A stretch of DNA of 64,000 nucleotides from Amoebophrya sp. A120 (lineage: Eukaryota; Protista; Dinoflagellata): contig CAJINV010000001.1 of NCBI GenBank assembly GCA_905178155.1, positions 8,401,599 through 8,465,598 on the forward strand. Direction: 5' to 3'. The position numbers and the translations under genes were made by a program. Below, piece after piece: positions 35,190 through 47,225 of the stretch (position 1 is its first letter; every line of letters starts with the position of its first letter). The notes under the pieces were generated by a model that saw only the letters and a list, made by a program, of their open reading frames with translations, had not been told where the DNA came from and ran no database searches.

Positions 35190-37983
35190 TCAAGATGACC
35201 TGGCATTTGTTCTTCTTCCTGCGCATTTCGAAATGACTTTTTCATACTGTCGCACAGTTTCCTCTGCGGCCTCCTGCCAGCTGAAGAACAAACTTCCGCG
35301 AGCGCTGAGCCGCTCGCGCACATTCCGCACGGAAACGCGGTTGTCCGTCCCCAGGCGATTTAGGATCCGCACCAGGTCCGGCTCATCCCGGAACATCACG
35401 TCGCATCCGCTCGGCCCCAGCACCTGTTCGTAAAATTCCGCAAAGACCGGCGACTGCAAGGGAAGAAGAGGGAGCAAGTCGCACCCGAGGGCCTCGATGA
35501 CCGTGATTCCGAACGTTTCGCTTTCGGAGCACGTGAGAAAAAAATCACTCTCCCGGTAAAAAAGCTCCGGCAAAAGGTCGTTCGGGATGGCACCGCAAAA
35601 GGTCACATTGATGTCGCTTATCGACGCACTTGTTGTACTACTAGCGCCCCGTTTCGGACTTGCCGGGTTCGCTCCCTTCAATGGCGACGAGGATTCGCGC
35701 CCGCTCGACGCTGCCTTTGTGTTTTTCGCCGGAGATGCCGCAAGAATCTTGCCTGCGCCAGCGGACGCGGCTTTCGCTTTCGGCGACGACGTTGAAACAG
35801 GTACAACCCCGTTCGTCAGCTTCTTCCACTCGGCAAGCCCGTCCGGCCTTTCGTCCTCGCCGTGTACGAACTTGTGTATTCGTGCACTGGCAGCTTCCAG
35901 TGTTTTTTGCACCAGTGAGCTTTCCTGCTTCTCTGCCCCAGGCGACGACTTGTAGCAGGCTACAGCCAACTCTTCCAACTCCTTTCGCTTCGGCCCGTCA
36001 CCGCAAATAACCAAGTGAAAGCGGTCGCGAAAACGGCTGACCACCCGAATCGCGGTGTCCACATGCTTCTCCGGAGCCAGGCGGTTTACCATCAGCAGAA
36101 TCTTCCGCTGATTCGGGATCTGGAGAATCTTCCGCAGCTTCACTCCCGATTGCTTCGACGATGCTGCGCGCGAGGGCGACGATTTCGATGGGCTTTTTGG
36201 AATCGCATTCGGGTTCGTCCCACTCGCTTTTATTCCAGCATTCACAGTAGAACTCGATGCTGACGAGGAATTTTTTCCCAAGCCGCCGCCCCAGGGAATA
36301 CCAGCAGGAAAAGCGGGTTTTGGAGATTTACTGCCTGAACTGTCCTGCTTTGTTGACTTCGTTCCAGCTTTCGGCGGGGATCCATTTGCTCGGCTGTTCC
36401 CCCGCAAAACCAGGCTGCTCGTTGTTCCCCGGGATGGAGATGAAGCCGTGGTCGTTCTCGAGACTTGCGCAGGCGACGAAGAACCGCCGCGGCCCCGTTT
36501 TTCCGTGGGGGAAGACGAACTCGCGGTGGTTGTCTTACTCGTACTCGGACTTCTAGTGCCATCCGAAAACCTCGAGGGCACTGCAGTCGGAATCACCATG
36601 TAATTCCTCTGCGAATACGGACCCTGGCTGGAAGACATGCAGCGAAACATCTTCTTCTGGATGCAGTTGCCGGCTAGAGAACGGCCGCAAGAGGCGGCCA
36701 GACTGCTCAAGAAAGAAAAACACCCAAAAGATGATGTAGTAGGAGCTGCACTGCTTGTGATGTCCGATTCAGCTTCTCTTCTCTCGCTGCTCTCTGCGTC
36801 GCCGAACAGTTCCGGCGGCCTTGGGTCATTCGGTTGCAGTTTTGTTGTCGTATAGCTGGAAAAACAACGCTTGTCTAGGAAGCTGAACTATGAACTGCAA
36901 AAGTATCGTACTCGAATAAATGCATTACAAATTTTCTCAGCATGAGAAAGAAAATTTGTAAATGCTGATTTGCCTTGACAAAGATATTTGTAATGCAAGA
37001 CCTGCATTTATACGAGTACGATACTTTTGCACAGCATATGAACTCCTTCTGCATGGCGGCGAGCGATGGCGCTACGTTGGCGTCGCCGCAGAGGTATGGA
37101 TTGCAAAAGTGTCTGGGTCTGGAAGAATGCAACTTGTGATGCGCATTTCAGAACACAGAAAAATCTCTCATGCATAGGTAGCAAAAGCCGCCCACTTTCT
37201 GTCACCAAAGTGGGGGATTTGTCATGCGGATTCGGCATTGCGGAAGCTTCTCGAAACCTGTGATGCTAGAGCTTCCATGCCAGACCTTGTGTGTCATGCA
37301 AAAACAGCATGAATCTTCCAGACCCAGACATTTTTACATTTGATAAGAGAGCTGCCGGAACGCGGCCGGAGAGCGAGTAGGAATAGTCTGCGAAGGCGGA
37401 AAAGCAGCCGCTTGGCATGTAGGAGTTTACGTAATACACCATGTCTACGTGGTGACTCACATAGGTCGGCACACCGAGGAAGCGCGCACGAGTTAGGACC
37501 TATTTGTTGATGTTGCTTTCTGAATGTAGACCTCACAACTGCCTGCGCATAGTCATGCACTTGGTCGTTCTCGTTGCATATTCAGAAATAAAACATCATC
37601 CTCGAGACTCGAAAAATTGTCAGAAACTGCTATAATACCGCCAATGCCACCGCGGAGGGTAGGAAGATGTGGACGATGTCGGGTTCGAACGTGCGCATGG
37701 CTTGAAACAGATTCCAGCCCGGAAAGAGGCAAATCTGGTTTCCCTGGTTCCAGTAGTTGGTGATACACAGCCCCATCTTTCGGTAGATGCCGTCTGGGTT
37801 CCCTATTTGCGCCTCGTGTCTCAACTCCATATAACCCTCGGCCTCCAGCTCCTCTGCGCTTTTACAGGTGTAGACTTGCAATTCATGCCCGAGCTTTGCC
37901 ATCTCCAGAACCATGTTGCGCACATGAAGCGCGATACCGTGCACCTCCGTCGGTGAGTAGTCAGACACGATGAGAACGCGCAT
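35190..37983 (-). CDS. Glycosyltransferase family 4 (GT-B; glycolipid synthase/SQD2-like)
   Basis: MRVLIVSDYSPTEVHGIA, PDIVHI, VNRLAPEKHVD, ICGDGPKRKELE and SESETFGITVIEALGC (EX7E motif). Confidence 0.9.
36889..37038. mobile_element. Introner (family D TIR, 150 bp) in GT4 gene
   Basis: TATGAACTGCAAAAGTATCGTACTCGAATAAATGCA...TGCATTTATACGAGTACGATACTTTTGCACAGCATA. Perfect TSD TGAAC. Removal gives KEFSFLDK. Confidence 0.9.
37095..37345. mobile_element. Introner (family A) in GT4 gene
   Basis: TATGGATTGCAAAAGTGTCTGGGTCTGGAAGA...TCTTCCAGACCCAGACATTTTTACATTTGATA. TSD AGAGG/AGAGA. Removal gives PAALCGDAN. Confidence 0.92.
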
Positions 37984-38977
37984 TTTGGAAAAAAAACTAC
38001 TCAATCAATATCAATCACACATCATTCCAATACGTTTTGCTTGCGTCACGACAAGGTCTGGTGAAAAGTATACTATCAAATTTGAGTTTGACGTGCAGTA
38101 GCCCGCAGACCAATCATAAATTCAACTGCTTCCAAGTAGATATGTGAATCGCAGCCCGCCCGCAAGTCTTGCTGTTTATTTCGCTCTCCGCTATTCTATC
38201 GCGACCACAATCCCGAGGCTTCGTCGGCCACACCCAAACTGAAAATTCCAATGACCCACAATTTGATCAGTTATCTATCAAAAAAAATGCGATGCCAAAA
38301 AAAAAAACTGCAGTAACGAATTAGGACCGACGCATCGACTGTGCGAAGAACTTTGCGTCTGTTACTGTTCTGCGTTCACATGATGATCCACGGATCTCAG
38401 TTTTCATGACTTGAAATTTTATCACGATCACTCTTCCATAGCTGCTCAGGCGAAGCAGCTTGGCAAAGAAAGTTCATTTTTTCCAATTTTTCTCACACCT
38501 ATCATCACCCTCATCCCCCACAGGCACGCACTACTTCCCCGTGGTATTTAGTTTAGGATTCACAAATGTGCGCGAAAGAAGCGAAGCGAAAGACATCTAG
38601 AAATAGAATGCTGATAAGACAAAATTGAAATAAATTCAATAGCGCAATAAAGAAGAAAGTGGAAGAAAGAAAGCATTGAGAAAAAAAACCGCTCACAGTC
38701 ACGTGAATCCAAAGACGCCAAGCCACTCACAAGTTTTTTACAATATCATCACAGTTTGCATCTAAAAAATACGTAGCTTTCATCGTTTTATTTCGGAAAC
38801 AAAAATGAAACGCAATTACTACACAGTGTACTAGGCAAGACGGTCCACAAAAAGCACAGCAGGGGCTTCCAATCTTTCCGTGCAGGAGCGAACCGCCGAA
38901 ACAAAAACTACAACTCTCGCTTCCACCGCACGTCAAGGCTGCACTCAGGCGTAGAGCTCCTGGTGTTTTTTTTTTGA

Positions 38978-41900
38978 TCAAGTTACATAATCCGATTTGT
39001 TTGCCCCTTCAGCATGATGGCACCAGCAGGCCGCTAGTCTGAAACTATAACTACCTTTCTTGTTCACATCAAAACACAGAATTAGTACCGCAGCCTCGCT
39101 CTCCCTTCTCAGTTGCTGGAAGCAGGCCTCTGCGGTTTGTGGAAACGAAGAATTGCTTGCGGACGGGGACCCCTGCTCCTCGTATCCCTTGGGCCCTCCG
39201 ACCTGCTGCGCCGTCTGGTCCCGGAGAAGTGTGGTGCCGGCAACAGCGCCGCCCGCCGTACTGGCACAGTCGTTGTACTGCGAATTCGGATAACCTAGGC
39301 TTGTCGCGGTCGACGTCCCCATCTGCGACGAGTTTTGTTGATGCTGCTGATCGAGGTACGGGGAGCCCTGCTGGATTTGCTGTTGCGGTGGACCTGCGGC
39401 TCCACCCAGAGGTGGCTGGTACTGCAGGACCGGCACGCCATTCAAGGCCGGCGTTCCCGTCACCTGCGGCGGATGGTGCTGTTGTAGTTCTGTTCCGACA
39501 GCAGCCCCCGGAGACTGTTGGTACTGCAAGTTTTGTTGCAGCTGTTGCTGGTCCAAGTACTGTGGCGGCTGCTGCGGACCTCCGATCTGCGGACCACTTG
39601 GACTTCCCAACGGTTGCTGCAAAGCGTGCTGTAGCTGCTGCTGCCCCGGCGTCATGCCCTGGTGTTGTAACTGCTGCTCGTTATTGTTGTACGCCGGATT
39701 GTTGTTCATATTCGTTGTTCCACCTAACTGCTCTGCTCCTATCGGCATCTGCGACCCCGGCGGGCCACCCCCTCCGAGCGGCTGCGCCGTGTTGTACGTT
39801 GCTTGCGGGAACAACTGTTCCCCGAGCGTTTGCGGCTGCACTTGATTCTGGTTCGTGGTGTACAAGAGTTGGTTGTCAAGCGGCTGCAGATTCGGACTTT
39901 GGTTCGCAGCCACGAACTGCTGATTTTGCGGATCGACCGGAAGCAGCTGCTGCGGCATGGGCCCCCCGGGAAGATGCATCGGGTCCTGCGGACCAGCGGC
40001 AGAGCTTGCTCCAGGAAACTGCTGCATGTTTGGCCCATTGTCCGGACCACCCGCGTAGTGGTCTAACGGCTGCTGCTGCGCAGGCTGCTGCTGCGGCGGT
40101 CCTGCTACGCCCATCTGGTCATTCCGCTGGTCCCACGCAGCAGCCTGGTTCGTTCCCTTGTTGCCGTAGTTATACTGCTGGTCGTTGTTGTAACTGTTGC
40201 CCTTACCGTTGTGGTACTTGTCTTTCCCGCTGCCTTTGTAGTTGTAATGATGTCCACCCTTACCGCCCCCGCCGTGGTAGTCTTTATCGCCCTTGTATGA
40301 ACTGTTGTAACTACCGTTGTCGCCTTTATACAACGAGCCGCCGTAGTTGTAATTCTTCCCCTTGCCATACGAAGAACTACCGTAGTGGTCACTCTTTCCG
40401 CCCTGATACCCCCCGCCACCGCCTTTGTTGCTGTACCCGTACGCAGGAGACCGCCCGCCATAGTCATTGCTGTAGCCGCCACCTTTGTGCTGTCCGCCAC
40501 CGTAACTGCACCCCCCTTTGTGCGCACCCTTGTTGTAGGAACCTTCTTCTTCTACCGAGCCGCTGCGATCGAACGAGGTGTCGCCATTGTAGCTGCCGTC
40601 GTTGTAATAATTGTTGCTTTTCCCGCCGCCGTAGGAATCGAAGTTTTGCTTTCCGTACCCGTAACCCTTTTTCCCACCGCCATACTTGTCCTTCGAAAGC
40701 GCACCCTTCTCCTTCCCCGACTTCTCGCCCAAGTATTCATACGAAATTTGAATTTCCCGGACGCGTATAATGATGCGGTTTCTGCATGACAGACCTTTAT
40801 TCCGTTCTTTCATCCTTCAACCCTATTCAGCATGACAAGAGGCGTGAACTTCTAAGTTGGCGAAATTTCAAATGCGTTCTTTTGTACGTGTACGGGAATA
40901 AAGCTGTATCGCATACCCAGCCCTCACCGTAGATGAAGCCGGTGGAGCCGCCCTTAACTTCTTCGAAAGTGAAATGGTCCTTGCCCAGCACGTATGCATT
41001 GCAAACGTTTCTGGGTCTGGAAGACTCATGCTGTTTTTGCATGACACAGAAGGCCCGGCATGGAAGCTCTAGCGTCACAGGTTTCCAGAAGCTTCCGCAA
41101 TGCCGAATCCGCATGACAAGTGCCCCACTTTGGTGACAGAAAGTGGGCAACTTTTGCTGCCTAAGCATGAGAGATTTTTCTGTGTTCTGAAATGCGCATC
41201 ACAAGTTTGCATTCTTCCAGACCGAGACATATTTGCAGTTCATAGCATGTACCCGATGGAATGGCCCTTGTCTCCCTTCTTACCCTTGCCGTAGCCTTTT
41301 TCTGTTTTGGTGAGTCATTGGAGAACACTTTTCTCGAGAAACGGGAACACAAAGGACCACGTCCTCAAAGTTAAGTAGTTGATAGCTGGGGCTGTTCCTG
41401 TTGTTACACAGCGAAGAGCAAGAATTTTGAAGATTAGATGCACAAACTACATCGCAAATCCAATACTTCCCTTCCCGCCGCCTCCCTTGCCCTTCTCGCC
41501 GTCGTCATGCGGCTTGTACTGGCCGATGGTGAGAATCGAAGCGAAGAGCTCGTTCTGGTACTTGTGGTCCAAGCAGCTATCAATCAGGTCCTCTTGCCAC
41601 TTACCTGTTTAGAACATTTTGGTGATGAAGAGTGCGTATCAATTTGTGATCCAGAAAACGACGTCCTCGCACCATGCGATCTGATGATTGAAAATGCATG
41701 TTGCGCGATTTCTGCACGTCGAGAGCTGCTTACCACTGGGGTGCGGCAAAATTCCGAACTCGTGGGGGTGCCCGAAGACCATGGTGGTAGTCCAGCTGAT
41801 GCTGCGAACGTGGAAGATATTGCCTGGAATATTACATATGTTGCATTTATCTTTATGATCTTCCGGATGCAAATGCGAAAAATAAGCATAACGACATGTA

Positions 41901-42548
41901 CAACTACAAAGGTGGTGGTCATCTTCGTCCTGCAGAAACATCACAAACAACAGAATATGAATAAATATTCCTGTCAATAAAAAGCTCACAGTGCTCGACA
42001 GTTCCGAACTTCTTCAGAATGCCGTCCCGCAAGTCCTCCACCCACAAGTCCCATCGCGAAAAAACCCCGCGCCAAAAATCCTGCGCAGCCACGATCTGCT
42101 CCGGTGTGGAAAAACTGTACGGACCCTGATTTTTATGTGTTGGGAACCAAATAAACACGACGCTGTGCAGACAAACGAAAACTTCACCTTCTTCGTTCCG
42201 ACCTCGCTAAAAAAATCGGAATAATTTATAGATGCGCCTCCGCCTTCAAATAAAACTGACACACTTCGACGTTCGATTTTCATCAGCGCAGCTGTTTATA
42301 GTGTACAACCCCTTTACAAAAAAAATCAACCCCCTTAGTACCACTTGCACTCGTCGGTCGAACCGGAACCCCGGTAAGGTGCCCAACGCCGAGGCGATCA
42401 GTGGCACGTAGACCCAGCTTTGCGTTTTGGGGATCTTCCCGCCGAAGATCCGAATTTTCACGTCCTGTTCCTCGAAGCCAGGCACAGAAACCCAGGGCAG
42501 GTCCCGTAGCGACTCCAGGCCTCCGCCGACTCCGCCTCCGCCGGCCAT
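38978..42548 (-). CDS. Hypothetical protein with long G/Y/K/N-rich and Q/P-rich low-complexity C-terminus, multi-exon
   Basis: 611-codon ORF plus upstream exons joined in frame through two introners (GYMLGKDHF, GEGWGEKS). Linkage of the 5'-most exons is inferred. Confidence 0.65.
40734..40915. mobile_element. Degenerate introner
   Basis: TAT...ATA ends, TSD CCAAG/CCCAG, weak TIR and two GCATGACA motifs. Removal of element +5 bp restores frame. Confidence 0.65.
40993..41244. mobile_element. Introner (family A), opposite orientation to 37095-37345
   Basis: TATGCATTGCAAACGTTTCTGGGTCTGGAAGA...TCTTCCAGACCGAGACATATTTGCAGTTCATA. TSD GCACG/GCATG. Interior is a near reverse complement of the 37095 copy. 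Confidence 0.92.
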
Positions 42549-43189
42549 GGCGTGCTGTGCGTCCTGTCGTCCCTAGAAGCAGACAAGGACAGCGACAACA
42601 CGATTCGAAAAAAATTACTCCGTCAAAGACGTTCCATCGCGACAGAGGCCGAGAACTCTGGTTTGGAATGTGACAACGAAGAAGAAACGAGCGCAACACC
42701 GCGGAAAGGGACGAACAAACAGACCAATATGATACTTATTAATTCTTTGCCGATGCTGGTGCTCTTCACCACAAGAGGTGATGCGGAAACCCTCACTCTT
42801 CTGCCAGAATAGCACCATCGCTCAGAGGAAACTACACGCTGGAAATCAACTTCTCTGAAACAGGTCCCTCTGCTTTCCAAGTGAGTCCACAACACTCAGT
42901 CAGTGGGAGGAAAAACCTTATCTTCGAAAATGGAATCTCAACGTCTCTCCACGGTTGTAGATGTCTACTTCTTGACTCACCCCCTTCCAGATTAAGTAAA
43001 CCACACGACTCCTTCTATAGACATGCTGCGGAGAACATCCAAACCAGCCGCTCGCACCAAACGGACACGACGGAAGACACTCCGTAAAAATTGCTTGCGC
43101 TCGCTCTGCTGCAGACAGAACGAAATGAACTCGAAACCGGAACCACGCTTGCCGGAAACTACGACAATTCGAAATAATCATACACACAG

Positions 43190-46100
43190 CTAGTCATCTT
43201 CCGATTCACTGCTGCTTGCCACGAGCTTCTCCCCCTCGGGCAGACCGGATGCAAGGATCGCGTCAAGCTCGTCCTCCTCTTGCTCTAGCTCGCCTATGCC
43301 GCTGCCAACGTCGTTTATCTGACATATCTCCACGTCGTAGTATACCTGGTTGATGAGGGATTTTTTGCTTGGGATAGTACCCGTGTATCTTATACCCGGT
43401 TGAGGGATTTTTTGGTTTGGTATGAATTCCGCGCCCGGTCGGGCGATACGGTAATCAATCGTTGCGCTGTTCACTTTGCGAAGAAAAAACCGCGACGCGC
43501 GCATTCCGGCGGCCGCGCCCGCGCGAAAACGGGAGGCGCAAACTATTCGGGCGCCAGAGAGGAACGAGCCCAAGGCGCTGCAAAGAGTGGAACGGATCAA
43601 GGGCGCCCCTTTGAGGGGCGGGTCGGGCTGCGCGCGGGTGATCGCGCGAGAATCCAAAAATTTTGGCGCGCCATACCGTCGCGCCTAATGTTACCCCGCA
43701 CGGTATGGCGGGCGCGTGATTTTTGCTCATTTTCGTGTGGGCTTTTTTTGGTTCATTTCTTGCATTTTTGCGGAGGGCGCTTTTGCACCTCAAACGCGAT
43801 GGCATTCGGCTTGATCAGGCGGAGGCCTCCGTCCCGAAAATGGCAAAACGTTACACCTCTAAACACGACTATACGCTGACTAAGCTTTCAGCGTGCCGCC
43901 GTGTTTGGCGGCCTGACAAATTTCGGATTGAGCGCAAGGCCCATTACAAATGGGCGATTTTTTTTCATTTTTTCATTTTTTTCTTGCGAAAGACGACGCT
44001 ACTGCGGACCCACGGAGGGTCCAATTTCGCTACTTTTTCGCAAGCGTACCGGGGGGATTCGCGACACAAAAAAACTCTCATTTTCCGGATACCAATGCGC
44101 CTATGGACGCAAAAATCACCATTTTTACACCTTCCCCCGGTGGGAGGCTGCGTTTTTGGCGCACCTTTTGGCCGCCCACGCGGCCGACCCCGGTTCCAGC
44201 TTAGCAGGCCCTTCCCCCGAAGCTACTGCCCCACTTTGGGGGGCGCCCCTTTGTTCCATCTAGATCCCCCGTAAGGTAATCCGCCGTCGCTTCCTTGCTT
44301 CGCAAATGGGAAGCGGCTTCGCCGGGCCCGGGGGGGCGGGGGGGCTTCCGCCCCCCCGGGCCCGGCTCACCCGAACGCAACGATTGATTACCGATAATAC
44401 CTGGTTGAGGGATACCCGTGTTTTATTTGAACACGCAAAATGGAGAACCAGAAGTGGCGGCACAAATGGTGAAGAAACTCGGGGTTGCCGGCAGGCAAAG
44501 ACAAATACGAGTACCCGCGTGTTGGGTGGTATTACTATCCCGGCGCCCCTGGACCCGTAGGCGTAGAAAGGGGACACGGATATTTCTGCTTTCTCGTGCA
44601 GGGACAAGCCTAGCACGCCCTCGTCGAGGCCGCGAACCACCTCGCCGTTCCCAACCACAAACTCGAAGGACTCTTTTCTCTCCCTCGTATCGTCGACCGT
44701 CTTCCAGTTTTTCTTCCCCTTGATTTTCTCCTCCGCGGTGAGGTCGACGTAGCGCAGGGTGTAGTGTATTCGGATGGTGTCCTATCAAGCAAAAAAACAC
44801 CATCACAATCACATCTAGGAGGTTTTGCATCAGAAATTTCTCTCGCATGACAAATTTTTGTTGTATTGCAAAAACACAAAGGGAAATCATCAATAAGTCT
44901 TGACTGTGATGCATTTTTGCGCATGACAAAAAATTTTGTATTGCAAAAATGTGCAAGAGTGATTGTGATGGTGTTTTTTTCTTGAATATGTCCCCCTTTT
45001 CCACGATGCAGTCCGGGTCCTTGTCCCGGCCTCGAACAATCTTGGTGACCACGATGTTGTCCAGCACTTCCTCCTATCAAATGCAGATATGTCTCGGTCT
45101 GGAAGATTTCTAGATTTGTCATGCTAAACAGAAGTGCGACACACTTTGCCTCCCCCTGTGCAAACGGCCGCAGATGGCTGTCACGCAGGGAAGGTGGGTC
45201 AGGCGGACACCGAAGTGCCATCGCCATCATCTCCCGGCCACTATACCAACTCGCCAACTATACCAACTTTTTTGCCTCACTTTCGCCAACAACGCCAACG
45301 ATTCCTACTCGCGACACATATAGAAAGCACAACCAGGACACCAGCAACAAGGATACTGGACCCTGCAGCACGGCTTTCATGTTAATCTATGGATAAATCA
45401 CATACGCCAAAAACATAGAAGAGAGTCAGAGGCGCTGTTTAGCTTCATCCAATGATAGGCGAGAAGCGGGCGTCGATGTGAAGAGCCCAGGCGGAGCTCT
45501 GGCGTGTCCTAGCAGCCGGTCTCTCCGCCGCGCCGGTCGTTCCTCCTACCACTTCGCTGGCTGCCGCCGCTGGGGCAAATACTTGGGGCCGAGGAATTTG
45601 CAGCAACACTTCTGGTCGTTGAGTGCCCCTACACATCTGGTCGTTGCGTGCTACGGGAGTAGGCCACACGTTGGGCCTACTGCTGAAAACTCCTCTAGCC
45701 CTGCCGCATTTGAGGAGACTCCTGCCGTTCCTTTCCACTCTGTGGCTCGCGATCCGTGCGCGCCTTCCGGCTGGCTTAAATGAATAGGCGCGCGGCTGCT
45801 CCAGCCCGCTGCCCCGGAGGTCATGATTTCGGAGTTGGTGTTTGGCGCTTCTATGTAGAAGCTAGCTCCTGCTACGAGGACGAAATTGAAAGTAAACAAG
45901 GACAAAGAAGATGGAGATACAGAAAGAAAAGAGAAGGAAACGGGTTCTAGATTTGTCATGCATATTTCCCATGACCCATGATGTCTGTGATGCATGCCGT
46001 GGCATTACAGATTTTTAGAGCGCTTTGTGATACCTCTACAGCATAAGAAATGCCCTCTCCGCGTGGCACAAACTGGAGTCCCCTTGCTGGTCATGCAATA

Positions 46101-46232
46101 CAAATTCTTTCAGAATCCAGAGACAGCATCACAAGTTTAGAATGTTCCAGACCCAGACACTTTTGCAATTCATACCTCCTCCTCACTGGAGACATCGAAA
46201 TCATCCACGACGAAGTCTTTGTAATTAGCCAT
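43190..46232 (-). CDS. FKBP-type peptidyl-prolyl cis-trans isomerase, 4 exons
   Basis: Spliced: MANYKDF...VEKGDTIRIHYT...FEFVVGNGEVVRGLDEGVLGLSLHEKAEISVSPFYAYGSRGAGIVIPPNTRVYYDVEI. Confidence 0.92.
43421..44393 (-). mobile_element. Helentron/HINE-like or MITE element in FKBP intron 43346-44514
   Basis: Perfect 18-bp IR CGGTAATCAATCGTTGCG (43449-43466 and 44376-44393). External hairpin CGCCCGGTCGGGCG and an internal ~19-bp GC hairpin at 44321-44366. Confidence 0.7.
44783..44988. mobile_element. Introner (family E TIR) in FKBP
   Basis: TATCAAGCAAAAAAACACCATCACAATCAC...GTGATTGTGATGGTGTTTTTTTTCTTGAATA. Perfect TSD TGTCC. Removal gives KGDTIRI. Confidence 0.92.
45075..46174. mobile_element. Introner (family A) in FKBP carrying a nested insertion
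   Basis: Family A TIRs at both ends and perfect TSD CCTCC. Length is 1100 bp, or 263 bp after removing the nested insert plus one 17-bp repeat. Confidence 0.9.
45125..45944. mobile_element. 820-bp insertion flanked by a 17-bp TSD
   Basis: TTCTAGATTTGTCATGC at 45108-45124 and 45945-45961, with a purine-rich right end. Confidence 0.8.
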
Positions 46233-47225
46233 TTTTGTTGACGTGCAAAAAACCTGATAGGATGAAGAACAAAAGTACTAGAAACGCAAACTGTATTCTC
46301 AATCTCAAGCAACTTCAACTACTACACTCTCTTCGGGCGGCACTCGAAACATCAAGTGCGTGGTTAACACCAAACGATAACGAGCAAGCTAGCTACCAGT
46401 ACCACACTATCGAGTTGGTGATTCGGAAATTGGAAAATAGTTCACCTGCGCACGAAACAAAGCACAGTTGCCGAACAGCATCGTTGAGGAGGTAAGAGTT
46501 GGCATTTTTATTTTTGCGCTGTGAACGATACAAGCTGTTAACTGCGATTCTTTCTCTTCTACTTGGTAGAGTAAAACCTCACTGGTACTCGGTCGGCGCT
46601 TCAAAAAAACATAAGGTAGTCACTTTGAATGTCGAGTCTCATATAATCCGAGCACACTCCTAGTTTTGTTCTTATGCACTTATTGTCAGTCACGGATAGG
46701 CGATGCGGCTCAACAGGGCGAAAACTGAGATCTAACCAAGCACTCTCATCTCGTCTTCCGGGCTGTCTGTGGGCTTCGAAGTGGTAGAGGGCAGCACTTA
46801 CTCTACTTTATTGCGAACAGTTCTGCAGATAAGGGACTCTCCTGTGCATCATGGCTTTTGCTCCATCCAGCACTATGCCATGCAGTAGGCCGCAGCCGAC
46901 TTCTTTTTTATCTTCGCAGCAAGTTTCATGCTCAGCCGATCCCTTGCGTTGCCACCCCGTGCTCGGCCGGTCGCGCCGGCGCGGCACGTCTTCCGTTCTT
47001 GTCTTTCTTGTCAGCAGGAACTTGCAACTACCTGGTCCGCAGATCATGCTGAGGCGGTCGGGGTAAGTTGTTTTGAAGCGAAGACTTTTGCACACAATCC
47101 ACGACCCCACGTCACCAGAACCGCGATTGTATTCCTCACTGGTGGTTGCCGGGACTTTGTGCCAAGAAGTTCTTACCGTCAGTGCGCCATGAACAACCGC
47201 GTTGGTCACTACAACAAGCTTGCCC

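Noticed and set aside
45478-45783. KYLG (RT motif 7-like) in the nested insert
   Set aside because: It is an isolated 4-aa match with no other RT motifs.
46222-46240. TAGCCATTTT resembling the dinoflagellate spliced leader
   Set aside because: It is too short and is simply the reverse complement of the FKBP start context.
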